Source: Fluviicoccus sp. (GTDB lineage: Bacteria; Pseudomonadota; Gammaproteobacteria; Pseudomonadales; Moraxellaceae). Taken from it: a stretch of DNA of 34,336 bases. The stretch is taken from positions 1-34,336 of the forward strand of contig DASUIL010000208.1 of the NCBI GenBank assembly GCA_036273075.1, in the 5' to 3' direction. A model generated the notes under the pieces. It did no database searches. It was not told where the DNA came from and was given only the letters and a program-made list of their open reading frames with translations. Below, piece after piece: positions 12,307 to 21,844 of this stretch; the first letter of the stretch is position 1, and every line of letters starts with the position of its first letter. A program made the translations under genes and the position numbers.

Positions 12307-12760
12307 ACGCGGTATGAAGAAAATCGAGATATTCAGTGACGGCGCCTGCCGCGGCAATCCCGGCCCCGGCGGCTGGGGCGCCTTGCTGCGCTACGAGGCC
12401 CGCGAAAAACGCCTGTATGGTTCGGAGCCGCACACCACCAACAACCGCATGGAGCTGAAGGCGACTATTGAGGCCCTGCGCGCGCTGCGTGAGCCCTGCG
12501 AGGTCACCGTTTGGACTGACTCCCAGTACGTCAAGAAGGGCATGACCGAATGGTTGGGCGGCTGGAAGGCCAAGGGCTGGAAGACGGCGGCCAAGGAGCC
12601 GGTCAAAAACGCCGATCTGTGGCAGGAACTGGATGCCGAAGCCGCCCGTCACCGAGTGGACTGGCAGTGGGTAAAGGGCCATGCCGGTCATGAAGGCAAC
12701 GAAGAGGCTGACCGTCTGGCCAATCAGGCGATTGATGAAATGCTGGGGGCCGTGAGATGA
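12299..12760 (+). CDS. rnhA: Ribonuclease HI
   Basis: [44 protein letters not shown]; start either 12299 or 12314. Confidence 0.96.
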   Translation: MTERGMKKIEIFSDGACRGNPGPGGWGALLRYEAREKRLYGSEPHTTNNRMELKATIEALRALREPCEVTVWTDSQYVKKGMTEWLGGWKAKGWKTAAKEPVKNADLWQELDAEAARHRVDWQWVKGHAGHEGNEEADRLANQAIDEMLGAVR

Positions 12761-13473
12761 GACAGGTTGTTCTGGATACCGAAACCACGGGCATGAACCC
12801 GCTCGAAGGCCACCGCATTATCGAAATCGGTTGCCTGGAGCTGGAAAACCGGCGGCTGACCGGCCGCTCCTTCCATTATTACCTGCAACCGGACCGTCCG
12901 ATTGATGCCGAGGCGATCGCCGTGCACGGCATCACCAACGAATTTCTGGTGGGGAAACCGCGTTTTGCCGAAATTGCCGGCGAATTCGAAGCATTCGTCC
13001 GTGATGCTGAGCTGATCATCCACAACGCGGCGTTCGACGTGGGCTTCCTGGATCATGAAATGCGCCGCCTGGACCCGGATTTCGAGTCCATCCGCCGCTT
13101 CTGCACCGTGCTGGATACCCTGGGACTGGCCCGGCAGAAGCATCCGGGCCAGAAGAACAGCCTGGATGCCCTCGCCAAGCGCTATTTTGTCGATCACCGG
13201 CAACGGACCTACCACGGTGCGCTGCTGGATGCCGAGATACTGGCCGATGTCTATCTGGCGATGACCGGCGGGCAGGTCGGGCTCAGCCTGCAAGAGGAAG
13301 GCGAGTCCGGAGAGGGCAGCCGCGAAACCATCCGCCGGCTGGCGGAGGGGCGGCCGCCGCTGCGGGTGATCCGCGCGTCGCCTGAAGAATCGGCAGCCCA
13401 TCAGGCCCGACTGGATATTATTGACAAATCCTGTGGCGGAACCTGCATTTGGCGTGAAGAGGGACTGGCGTGA
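12757..13473 (+). CDS. dnaQ: DNA polymerase III epsilon subunit
   Basis: ExoI LDTETTG, ExoII HNAAFD, Exo[18 protein letters not shown] clamp-binding region. Confidence 0.96.
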   Translation: MRQVVLDTETTGMNPLEGHRIIEIGCLELENRRLTGRSFHYYLQPDRPIDAEAIAVHGITNEFLVGKPRFAEIAGEFEAFVRDAELIIHNAAFDVGFLDHEMRRLDPDFESIRRFCTVLDTLGLARQKHPGQKNSLDALAKRYFVDHRQRTYHGALLDAEILADVYLAMTGGQVGLSLQEEGESGEGSRETIRRLAEGRPPLRVIRASPEESAAHQARLDIIDKSCGGTCIWREEGLA

Positions 13474-13560
13474 TGTCCGCAAAACCATTATTTTAAGTCC
13501 AATAATAAAACCGGCCCCGTGCCGATTCTCCCCAACCCGAATAAAGACAGGAAGGAATCC

Positions 13561-15234
13561 ATGCTTCCGAAAATCGATGTAAGCGCGCTGAACCTGATCA
13601 AGTCCGAAATCGACGGTTCACTGACCCAGATTGAAGGCGCCCTGAGCGCGTTCGTCGAGGACAACTCCAACAACGCGACGCTGGGCGAGTGTGTTGAGGC
13701 CATGGAGCAGGTGTGGGGAGCGCTGCGGCTGATCAATATCCATGGAGCCTCCGAACTGGCCGAACTGATGTTCGCCCTGCTTCGCCAGATCAACGACCTC
13801 CAGGAAAACACTCCTGAGCGCTATTTTTCGGCGCTGGGCAACGGCATGATGGTGCTGAACCGTTATCTGGAGTATGTTCAGATCAAGGCGGTCAGCCTGC
13901 CGCAACTACTGTTGCCGTCCATCAATGAATGCCGCAAGGCCTTGGGCCTGCCTGAACTGGGTGAGGGATTCTACCTCGATGTGCCTTATCTGCCGGCTCC
14001 GCCGGCGCTGTTGCCGCTGGATATCGACAGCGCGCGCGAGCAGCAGCTGGCCCACCGCGTGCGCCACATGTACCAGATTGGTCTCATCAACCTGTTGCGC
14101 GATCAGGCGGAGCCCGTTCATTACCACCTGATGAGCCGTGCGCTGGAGCGCGCCGCCCAACTGTGCGCCGGCAATGCGCAGTCCCTGTTGTGGTGGGTGG
14201 GCCAGGCCGTGCTTGAAGCGCTGTCCGGCGGCGTGGAGCTGACCGGCGGTCGCAAGCGCCTGCTGGCGCAGCTGGAACAGCAGTTGCGCCTGCTGTCCCT
14301 GCCGGGCGGAGCTTCGCAGCCGGTGGACACCACCGTGTTGGCCAATGCCCTGGCCATTGTCGGCCTGGGTGAAAGCGGCGCCCATGTGACCGAAGTTCAA
14401 GCCGCCTTCGAGCTTTCCGCCAGCTGCATTCCGCAAAGCCAGCTGCAATCCCAGCATGATTCCATGTTCGGGCCGGGCGGTTCGGTCATCAAGACCGTTG
14501 CCACGGTGCTCAAGGACGAAATCGCCCACATCAAGGATGTGCTGGACATCATCGCCCGCGGCTCGCAGCAGGAAGAGGAAAGCTACGAAACCGTGGCTGA
14601 CGAAATCACCAAGGCCTCGCAGACGCTCATCATGCTGTCACTGAACGATGTGGCCGGGGCGATGCGCCGTCAGGCCGACGTGGTGCGCGGCTGGACCGAC
14701 GTGCCCGAGGAAACCGAGCTGAACCTGCTGGTGGATATCCTGCTGCAGGCCGACAACGCCGTGGCCGCGCTGGACAAGGAAATGACACCGGGCAGCCAGA
14801 CCGTGGTGAACAACGCCCGCATCTCCATCCACCAGTTGGACGAAGCCCGCGCGATGCTGGTTGCCGAAAGCCGCGCCGGCATGTCGCTGGTGAAACGCGC
14901 CATCCTTTCGTATATCGAATCCCAGGGCGACACCCTGCATCTGGCGAATGTTCCGGCAACGCTGCAATCCACCAGCGGCGGCCTGTCCTTCCTGATGGCC
15001 GAGCGCGGTGCGGGCATCCTGCGTTCCTGCGCTGCTTTCGTCGATCGTCTGGTCAACACCAAGCAATTGGCCCCGATGTCCGTTATCGAGACCTTCGCTG
15101 ACGCCATTGCCTGTGTGGACTATTACCTGGAAAGCCTGGAAGTCAACAAGCCGGTCAGCGACAATGTCTTTGACATTGGCGAGGACAGTGTGGCAGAACT
15201 GGGCTTCCCCGTTCTGAACCGACAGGCTGCCTGA
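13561..15234 (+). CDS. fimL: FimL-like protein (ChpA N-terminal / degenerate Hpt scaffold; type IV pilus Pil-Chp accessory factor)
   Basis: 557 aa predicted helical protein; LNLIKSEI..L, EQVWGAL, MYQIGL, ADAIACVDYYLE segments resemble FimL/ChpA-N; directly upstream of nudC as in Pseudomonas; RBS AGGAAGGA before ATG 13561. Confidence 0.72.
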   Translation: MLPKIDVSALNLIKSEIDGSLTQIEGALSAFVEDNSNNATLGECVEAMEQVWGALRLINIHGASELAELMFALLRQINDLQENTPERYFSALGNGMMVLNRYLEYVQIKAVSLPQLLLPSINECRKALGLPELGEGFYLDVPYLPAPPALLPLDIDSAREQQLAHRVRHMYQIGLINLLRDQAEPVHYHLMSRALERAAQLCAGNAQSLLWWVGQAVLEALSGGVELTGGRKRLLAQLEQQLRLLSLPGGASQPVDTTVLANALAIVGLGESGAHVTEVQAAFELSASCIPQSQLQSQHDSMFGPGGSVIKTVATVLKDEIAHIKDVLDIIARGSQQEEESYETVADEITKASQTLIMLSLNDVAGAMRRQADVVRGWTDVPEETELNLLVDILLQADNAVAALDKEMTPGSQTVVNNARISIHQLDEARAMLVAESRAGMSLVKRAILSYIESQGDTLHLANVPATLQSTSGGLSFLMAERGAGILRSCAAFVDRLVNTKQLAPMSVIETFADAIACVDYYLESLEVNKPVSDNVFDIGEDSVAELGFPVLNRQAA

Positions 15235-16031
15235 TGCCCTTGACCCCTGCGGAGCCCGAGCGCGATCTTTGGCTCCTCTTTCATGAAAACAAGCTCGTAG
15301 TCCATACCGAAACCGGCCGCCTTCTGCATGAAGCGCCGGTTTTCGATTTTTCCGCCGAAACCGTCCATCTGGTTGAGCAGACCGCGTCGCATCGCGTGCG
15401 AACCGTGCGCCTTCCGGCGTTTGCCCCCGACGGGGATTACGCGCTGCGCGGCCTGCGCGACCTGCTGCTTGAGGATGCCCGGGAGCTCTTTCGCCTGGCC
15501 TCGACCGCCCTGCAGGTGCTGGAGTGGGATCGCAATCACCGCTATTGCAGCCATTGCGGTTCGGTGACCGCCCCCCACCCCAAAGGCGAAAGGGCCAGGG
15601 TCTGCATCAGCTGCGGCTACAGCCAGTATCCGCGTATCCAGCCCTGCGTCATTGTTGCCATTACCAAGGGTGACCATATCCTGCTGGCCAGAGCGGCGCA
15701 TTACACGATCCCCATGTACAGCCTGTTGGCCGGATTTGTCGAGGTAGGCGAAACACTGGAGGAGGCGGTCGCCCGTGAAGTGGCGGAAGAGTCCGGCGTC
15801 CGGGTCGGCAACCTGCGCTATTTCGGCAGCCAGTCCTGGCCCTTTCCCGGTAATCTGATGTTGGCTTTCCGGGCGGAGTGGGAGGGCGGCGATATCGTGA
15901 TTCAGGAAGAGGAGTTGCAGGATGCACAGTTCTTCCACTACCGGAACCTGCCGATGATCCCGCCAGCGGGCAGTATTGCCTATCAGGTGATCATGGCGGC
16001 GGTTCAGGAGTTGACCGCCAAATACGGCTGA
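15234..16031 (+). CDS. nudC: NADH pyrophosphatase / NAD-RNA decapping enzyme NudC
   Basis: Zinc ribbon CSHC...CISC, Nudix box GFVEVGETLEEAVAREVAEESG, SQSWPFP signature; TGATG coupling to the upstream gene. Confidence 0.95.
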   Translation: MPLTPAEPERDLWLLFHENKLVVHTETGRLLHEAPVFDFSAETVHLVEQTASHRVRTVRLPAFAPDGDYALRGLRDLLLEDARELFRLASTALQVLEWDRNHRYCSHCGSVTAPHPKGERARVCISCGYSQYPRIQPCVIVAITKGDHILLARAAHYTIPMYSLLAGFVEVGETLEEAVAREVAEESGVRVGNLRYFGSQSWPFPGNLMLAFRAEWEGGDIVIQEEELQDAQFFHYRNLPMIPPAGSIAYQVIMAAVQELTAKYG

Positions 16032-16054
16032 TCCCTTCATTCAAGGAGTTTCTG

Positions 16055-17107
16055 ATGGTTGACATGCTGCTGCAGTACGGCCTGTTTCTGGCCAAGGCGA
16101 TTACCGTGGTCATCGCCGCCATGTTCATCATTATTACCGTCGCGAATATCGGCGAGCGGCGTCGTCACAGCGAGGATGACGGCGATATCGAAATCATGCG
16201 CCTCAATGAGCGCTTTGAGCATTTCGCCAATGTGCTGCGCATGGCGGTGCTGGACAAGAACGGATTGAAGGCCTACCTCAAATCCGAAAAGGAATGCGAG
16301 AAGTCGGAAAGCAAAAAGGGAAGGGACAAGGAGGACGATGGCAAGAGTGGTCGCCGCCGCGTTTTCGTATTGAATTTCAATGGCGACCTGCGGGCTTCCG
16401 CCACAGACAACCTCCGTCAGGAAATCACGGCGATCCTGACCCTGGCAGAGCCTTCCGATGAAGTGGTGATGTGTCTGGAAAGCCCGGGCGGCATGGTGCA
16501 CGGATACGGGCTGGCTTCCTCGCAACTGGCGCGGTTGCGTCAGGCAGGGGTGCCATTGACGGTGTGTGTCGACAAGGTGGCCGCCAGCGGCGGTTACATG
16601 ATGGCCTGTCTGGCCAATACCATTCTGGCCGCCCCGTTCGCGATTGTAGGCTCCATCGGCGTGGTCGCTCAGATTCCCAACTTTCACCGCCTGCTCGACA
16701 AATGGGATATCGATTTCGAGGTCCTGACGGCCGGGGAGTACAAAAGGACCCTGACCGTTTTCGGGGAAAACACCGATGCCGGGCGCGAGAAATTCATTGC
16801 GGAGCTTGAGGATACCCACCAGTTGTTCAAGGATTTCGTCCAGGACTACCGGCCGTCGCTGGATATCGCCCGCGTCGCTACCGGCGAACACTGGTACGGC
16901 CGTCGTGCGGTGGACCTCGGGCTGGTCGACAAGCTGATGACCAGTGATGAATATTTGCTGGCCGCCAGCAAGGAAGCCGATGTTTTTGCGGTCCGCTTCG
17001 TGCATAAAGTGCCATTGCTGCAGCGGGTCGGCCTGGTCGCCGCATCCAGTCTGGACCGTGTGCTGCTGGGCTGGTGGGAACGGCTGGTGCAGCGTCCGAA
17101 GTTCTGA
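16055..17107 (+). CDS. sohB: S49-family inner-membrane protease SohB
   Basis: YGLFLAKAIT TM anchor, ESPGGMVHGYGLA, DKVAASGGYMMAC, TAGEYKRT; RBS AAGGAG before ATG 16055. Confidence 0.95.
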   Translation: MVDMLLQYGLFLAKAITVVIAAMFIIITVANIGERRRHSEDDGDIEIMRLNERFEHFANVLRMAVLDKNGLKAYLKSEKECEKSESKKGRDKEDDGKSGRRRVFVLNFNGDLRASATDNLRQEITAILTLAEPSDEVVMCLESPGGMVHGYGLASSQLARLRQAGVPLTVCVDKVAASGGYMMACLANTILAAPFAIVGSIGVVAQIPNFHRLLDKWDIDFEVLTAGEYKRTLTVFGENTDAGREKFIAELEDTHQLFKDFVQDYRPSLDIARVATGEHWYGRRAVDLGLVDKLMTSDEYLLAASKEADVFAVRFVHKVPLLQRVGLVAASSLDRVLLGWWERLVQRPKF

Positions 17108-17129
17108 TTCTTCATCGGGAGAGCCCGTC

Positions 17130-18647
17130 ATGACCGGATTTGCCGAATACGATCGCTATGATGCCCTGGGTCTGGCCGGGCTGGTTCGCCGTAAGGAAGT
17201 TTCTGCGGTTGAGCTGCTGGCGGAAGCCATCGAACGCCGTAACCGCATCAACCCCTTCATCAACGCCGTCATCCATGATATGGACCGGCAGGCCCGTGAA
17301 GCCCTGGAGCGCGGACTGCCGGAGGGCCCGTTCTCCGGAGTCCCTTTTCTGATCAAGGACTTGCTGGCGGCCTATGCCGGCGTGCCGATGACCAGCGGCA
17401 GCCGCGCCTACCGCCATTATGTTCCTGACTACGACAGCGAGATGGTGCGTCGTTACAAGGCTGCTGGCACGGTCATTTTCGGCAAGACCAATACGCCCGA
17501 GTTTGGCCTGATGGGCGTGACCGAACCCGAGCTGTTCGGGGCTACCCGTAATCCCTGGCATCTGGAGCGCACTCCCGGTGGTTCCAGCGGCGGGGCAGCG
17601 GCGGCCGTGGCCGCCGGCATTGTGCCGATGGCCAGCGGTGGTGATGGCGGCGGCAGTTTGCGCATTCCCGCTTCCTGTTGCGGCCTGGTCGGCTTCAAGC
17701 CTACCCGGGGGAGGAACCCCCATGGCCCGGCGGTTTCCGAACCGTGGTTCGGGCAGGTGCAGGAGGGGGTGGTATCACGCTCGGTGCGCGATACGGCGGC
17801 GATGCTGGATGCTACCCATGGCCCCGAGCAAGGGGCGCTCTATGCCGCGCCCGCCTATCAGGGGCGCTTTCTGGATGAGGTGACGACCCCGCCCGGTCGT
17901 TTGCGCATTGCCTGGACGGCCGCGCCGTTGTTGCGGGACGGCTCCATGGATGCCGAATGCCGCAAGGGACTGGAGGCGACCGTTCACCTGCTGGAATCTC
18001 TTGGGCATGAATTGGTCGAGGCAGCTCCTCCGCTGGACAAGGCGGCGCTGTCCGAAGGCTACCTGCTGCGCATCGCCGCCGCGACCGCCGGTGAGGTCGG
18101 GACGGCTGAGCGTCTCCTGGGCCGGCGCTTGACACTGGATGATTTTGAGACGGAAACCTGGTCACTGGTCCGTCTGGGCCAATCCTTCACCGCTGGGGAT
18201 CTGGATAACGCCAATCGCCTGATTCATGCGCAGTTGCGCCGCTTCGATGCCTTCATGAACCAGCATGACGTCTTCCTCACGCCGACCTTGGCGTCTCCAC
18301 CACCGGGATTCGGGGAATTCCGGCTCAAGGGTGCCGAGAAGATACTGGCTCCGCTGGCCAAACGTTTCGCCTTGGGTCCGCTGGTGCACCTGCTGCCCAT
18401 CCTCACCCGGCTGGCCGAGCAGAACTTCAGCTGGGTTGCGTCGACGCCGGTCATGAACATGAGCGGTCACCCTTCGGTGTCGCTGCCCCTGCACTGGAGC
18501 AGTGACAACTTGCCGGTGGGGATGATGTTTACCGGCCGTTTCGGGGATGAGGCAACCCTGTTCCGCCTGGCCGGTCAGCTCGAACAGGCCGTGCCCTGGT
18601 TCTCGCGTCGCTCCCCGGTGCATGCCGGCGGCAGTGGCCTGAAATGA
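17130..18647 (+). CDS. Amidase-signature family amidase
   Basis: GVPFLIKDL (catalytic Lys), [32 protein letters not shown]; start at ATG 17130 behind GGGAGAG. Confidence 0.92.
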   Translation: MTGFAEYDRYDALGLAGLVRRKEVSAVELLAEAIERRNRINPFINAVIHDMDRQAREALERGLPEGPFSGVPFLIKDLLAAYAGVPMTSGSRAYRHYVPDYDSEMVRRYKAAGTVIFGKTNTPEFGLMGVTEPELFGATRNPWHLERTPGGSSGGAAAAVAAGIVPMASGGDGGGSLRIPASCCGLVGFKPTRGRNPHGPAVSEPWFGQVQEGVVSRSVRDTAAMLDATHGPEQGALYAAPAYQGRFLDEVTTPPGRLRIAWTAAPLLRDGSMDAECRKGLEATVHLLESLGHELVEAAPPLDKAALSEGYLLRIAAATAGEVGTAERLLGRRLTLDDFETETWSLVRLGQSFTAGDLDNANRLIHAQLRRFDAFMNQHDVFLTPTLASPPPGFGEFRLKGAEKILAPLAKRFALGPLVHLLPILTRLAEQNFSWVASTPVMNMSGHPSVSLPLHWSSDNLPVGMMFTGRFGDEATLFRLAGQLEQAVPWFSRRSPVHAGGSGLK

Positions 18648-18738
18648 CAGCTATATTGGCACCTTGATCCATTACCGGAAGCGGGTGCATTCGCCATACT
18701 GGCTTCATCGCAAACCGCGTTGAGACGAGACAGCCGCC

Positions 18739-19599
18739 ATGACCACGCCGAAGACCGTGACACCCGCCGGGACCGCCAACATTCCGGTTCGCCGCATGGA
18801 TTTTGAGTTCGACGACGCCATACCCCTGTACTGGTTTGACAACAATCCCTTCCTGACCATGCTGCTGACCGGGTTGTCCTGCACCTTCCCGGAAGGGGAA
18901 CGCATGTTCATGCGCGCCGTGCGCCATTATCAGGATCGGATTATCGACCCCGAGCTGCAGAAGGAAGTCCGCGCCTTTATCGGCCAGGAAGCGCATCACG
19001 GCAAGGAGCATGAGTCTTTCAACAGTTTCATGGCCGGCAAGGGCCTGCCGATCGACGCCATTACCGCGTTCGTGAAGCAGGGCATCGCCAAGGAAGAAAG
19101 CCTGCTTTCCAAGGAGCGCATGCTGGCCAAGACCTGCGCGCTCGAACACTTCACCGCCATGTTTGCCGAGACCATCCTGGAGCATCCGGAGTTCCTCGAC
19201 GCCATGGATGAACGCCTGCGTCCCTTGTGGCTGTGGCATGCGGTTGAAGAAAGTGAACACAAGGCGGTCGCCTTCGATGTTTACCAGCAGCAGGTGGGCG
19301 ACTATTGGGTGCGCGCCAGTGAAATGGCCTTTACCACCGTGCTGTTCAGCTTCTTTACCGGTCTGCATACGGTGCAGTTGCTGAAGCATCAGGGGGAACT
19401 CGGGAACCTGCGCTCCATTGCCAAAGGCATGGCCAAGCTGGCCGGGCCGAAAGGCTTTTTCCGCGGCATGCTGCCGCGCTATCTGGCCTATTACAAGCGG
19501 GATTTCCATCCCAACCAGGTCGACAGCCGGGATCTGCGGGAAAAGGGTCTGCGCATGTTGAAAGGCTATCTTGGCGACAAGCTGGCCCTCGCCGCCTGA
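18739..19599 (+). CDS. 'Metal-dependent hydrolase' family protein (PF10118-like; probably ferritin-like dimetal)
   Basis: FPEGE..F, FIGQEAHHGKEH, ALEHFTA, WHAVEESEHKAVAFD, FHP motifs characteristic of the family. Confidence 0.82.
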   Translation: MTTPKTVTPAGTANIPVRRMDFEFDDAIPLYWFDNNPFLTMLLTGLSCTFPEGERMFMRAVRHYQDRIIDPELQKEVRAFIGQEAHHGKEHESFNSFMAGKGLPIDAITAFVKQGIAKEESLLSKERMLAKTCALEHFTAMFAETILEHPEFLDAMDERLRPLWLWHAVEESEHKAVAFDVYQQQVGDYWVRASEMAFTTVLFSFFTGLHTVQLLKHQGELGNLRSIAKGMAKLAGPKGFFRGMLPRYLAYYKRDFHPNQVDSRDLREKGLRMLKGYLGDKLALAA

Positions 19600-19721
19600 A
19601 GACCGGCCGGTTTCACAAAGTTGCTACGATTAGTTGTGTGATTCCGGAACCCGGTTCTATCCCTCTCCCGGAAAACTCTGTCACAATGCGTTACATTTGA
19701 CCCTTGTGACAGGGATTTTCC

Positions 19722-20768
19722 ATGCTGCCCGGATACTTTACCCAGGTTCGCAACGCCCGCTTCCTGGCCTTCATTTTTGTGGGCGGCATCTTCCTGCTGG
19801 CTGTCCGGATGGGGCTGCTGGTGCCGATGTATTCTGGTCTGCTGGCCTATGCCCTGGTGCTGAAAACCTCAGGCACCATTGTCGATGAAAAGATCCGTTC
19901 CGCCCGCTCCAAATGGGTGGCGACCGCCCTGGTGGCGACGCTGGTCGTCATTGTCCTGATGCTGGCGGCCGCCATCATCCATTTGTTGCTCAAGGCCACG
20001 ACCGATGTCCACGATCTCCTGCTGAAAATGAGCGAGATCCTGACCTCGGCGCGAAACTGGCTGCCGGAGCGGCTCAGCGAATCCATTCCCCAGCAAAGCG
20101 AACTGCTGTACAAACTTTCGGAATGGTTGAAAACCCACGCTACGGAAATCGGCACTTTCGGCCTTGGCGCCCTGAAGGGCATCGGCTATGTGCTGTTCGG
20201 CGTGCTGTTGGGTGCGATGGTGGCTGTTTCAGACGCGAACCGCACCGCGCCGCTGGGACCGGTCAGTCGCCGCATGCTGCAACAGGTGGAAGGCTTGCGT
20301 GAGTCTTTCTGGCGGGTTGCGTCAGCCCAATTGCGCATTTCGGCCCTGAACACAGCCCTGACTAGCATATATCTCCTGGTGCTGCTGCCGCTTTTCGGGG
20401 TCGAAATCCCCCTGACCAAAACCCTGATCGCCGTGACCTTCCTGGCGGGGCTGCTGCCGGTGATCGGCAACCTGATTTCCAATACCGCGATTACCGTGAT
20501 CAGTCTGAGCGTTTCCTTCGAGGTGGCTGTCGCCGCGCTGGTTTTCCTGATTGTCATCCACAAGCTGGAGTATTTCGTGAACGCCCGCATTGTTGGCACC
20601 AGCATCAATGCCCGTGCCTGGGAAATCCTGCTGTGGATGCTGGTGATGGAGCGGCTGTTCGGGTTGGGCGGCGTTGTTGCGGCCCCGGTTTTTTATGCCT
20701 GGTTCAAGGAGGAGTGGCACCTCTGGGACCGTCCCGGGAGCGCAAGCGTGAAGCTGGAGCACGGTTGA
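19722..20768 (+). CDS. AI-2E family transporter
   Basis: 348 aa multi-TM; AQLRISALNT, GLLPVIGNLISN, HKLEYFVNARIVG, FGLGGVVAAP motifs. Confidence 0.85.
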   Translation: MLPGYFTQVRNARFLAFIFVGGIFLLAVRMGLLVPMYSGLLAYALVLKTSGTIVDEKIRSARSKWVATALVATLVVIVLMLAAAIIHLLLKATTDVHDLLLKMSEILTSARNWLPERLSESIPQQSELLYKLSEWLKTHATEIGTFGLGALKGIGYVLFGVLLGAMVAVSDANRTAPLGPVSRRMLQQVEGLRESFWRVASAQLRISALNTALTSIYLLVLLPLFGVEIPLTKTLIAVTFLAGLLPVIGNLISNTAITVISLSVSFEVAVAALVFLIVIHKLEYFVNARIVGTSINARAWEILLWMLVMERLFGLGGVVAAPVFYAWFKEEWHLWDRPGSASVKLEHG

Positions 20769-20899
20769 TCCGATGCTGCTGGCGAATCTGTCGGGCGGTG
20801 CATGACAGCCCCGGAGCTGCATGATAGATTGCGAATCCTTTCCGGCCGCTAGTGCTGCGGCCGCCCGGATAACAACAGAACGCGCGTTGAGAAACAGTC

Positions 20900-21727
20900 G
20901 TGACCCTCGAAGAAATTTATGCCAAAAACAAGACGGTCGAAGGCCGCATCCTGAAATTCCGCGCTGATCGCGGCCCGGTAACCTTCATATTCGGTTTGTT
21001 TGCGGCGCAATTACTGCTGTGGTGGTTCCTGCCGGTTTGGGGAGCCGTCATAGCCGGCATCCTGCTGCTGCCTCTCTTGGGCACCAGTGCCATTTATAAC
21101 CATCATCAACAGCATCATAACGCCTTCCTGTCGCCGTTCCTGAATCGTGTCTTCGAAACGGTGCTGGGCACCCAGACCATGATCACGTCTTATGCCTGGG
21201 TACTGCACCACAATTTCGGTCATCATCCCAATTACATGAACCAGCCGCCCGACGAGGATGAAGATGAATCGCGTTGGGCACGCCCTGACGGCAGTCTGAT
21301 GACCCGTCCCGAATACACGCTCAACCTGCTGTTCCGCGCCTCCTATGACAGCATCATGGTCGGTATCCGCAAGCGTCCCAAGGTGCTGCTGTATTTCACG
21401 CTGATGTTCATGCCTTACCTGGCCTTGCAGTTCGTCCTGGCCTGGGTGAACTGGCAGAACTACCTGGCAATTTTCCTGGTTCCGTCCTTCATGATGCTGC
21501 TCTATGTCTATGACCTGACTTACGAGCATCACAGCGGCCTTTATACCAAGAATCATTACGAAGCTTCGCGTAACCGGGTCGGCCGCCTCTACAACATCCG
21601 CACCTGCAATCTGGGCTACCACACCGCACATCACATCAAGCCTTTCATCCACTGGTCCTTGCTGCCTTATTACCACGATCTGATCAAGGACAAGATTCCA
21701 CCGCATTGCTATGTCAAATGCCGCTAA
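20900..21727 (+). CDS. Membrane fatty-acid desaturase family protein
   Basis: His boxes HHQQH, HHNFGHH and YHTAHH (plus YEHH) separated by hydrophobic segments; GTG start. Confidence 0.82.
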   Translation: MTLEEIYAKNKTVEGRILKFRADRGPVTFIFGLFAAQLLLWWFLPVWGAVIAGILLLPLLGTSAIYNHHQQHHNAFLSPFLNRVFETVLGTQTMITSYAWVLHHNFGHHPNYMNQPPDEDEDESRWARPDGSLMTRPEYTLNLLFRASYDSIMVGIRKRPKVLLYFTLMFMPYLALQFVLAWVNWQNYLAIFLVPSFMMLLYVYDLTYEHHSGLYTKNHYEASRNRVGRLYNIRTCNLGYHTAHHIKPFIHWSLLPYYHDLIKDKIPPHCYVKCR

Positions 21728-21761
21728 TGCAGAACGCCGGAGGAATCCGGCGTTTTGCATT
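21726..21761 (+). terminator. Stem-loop / probable terminator after the desaturase
   Basis: AATGCAGAACGCCGGA-GGAA-TCCGGCGTTTTGCATT: 16-bp stem with one G-U pair, GNRA loop, starting at the stop codon. Confidence 0.78.
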
Positions 21762-21844
21762 CTTCTGTAAGGGATTTCTTGAAGCGCATTTCAAGCGTGT
21801 GGCATCCTTTGGTGAGTCCAATCCAACCGGTTGCAGGTGTCCCG

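Noticed and set aside
15878-17129. Upstream extensions of the sohB (15878) and amidase (16944) ORFs
   Set aside because: They overlap nudC and sohB; good RBS and family N-termini are at 16055 and 17130
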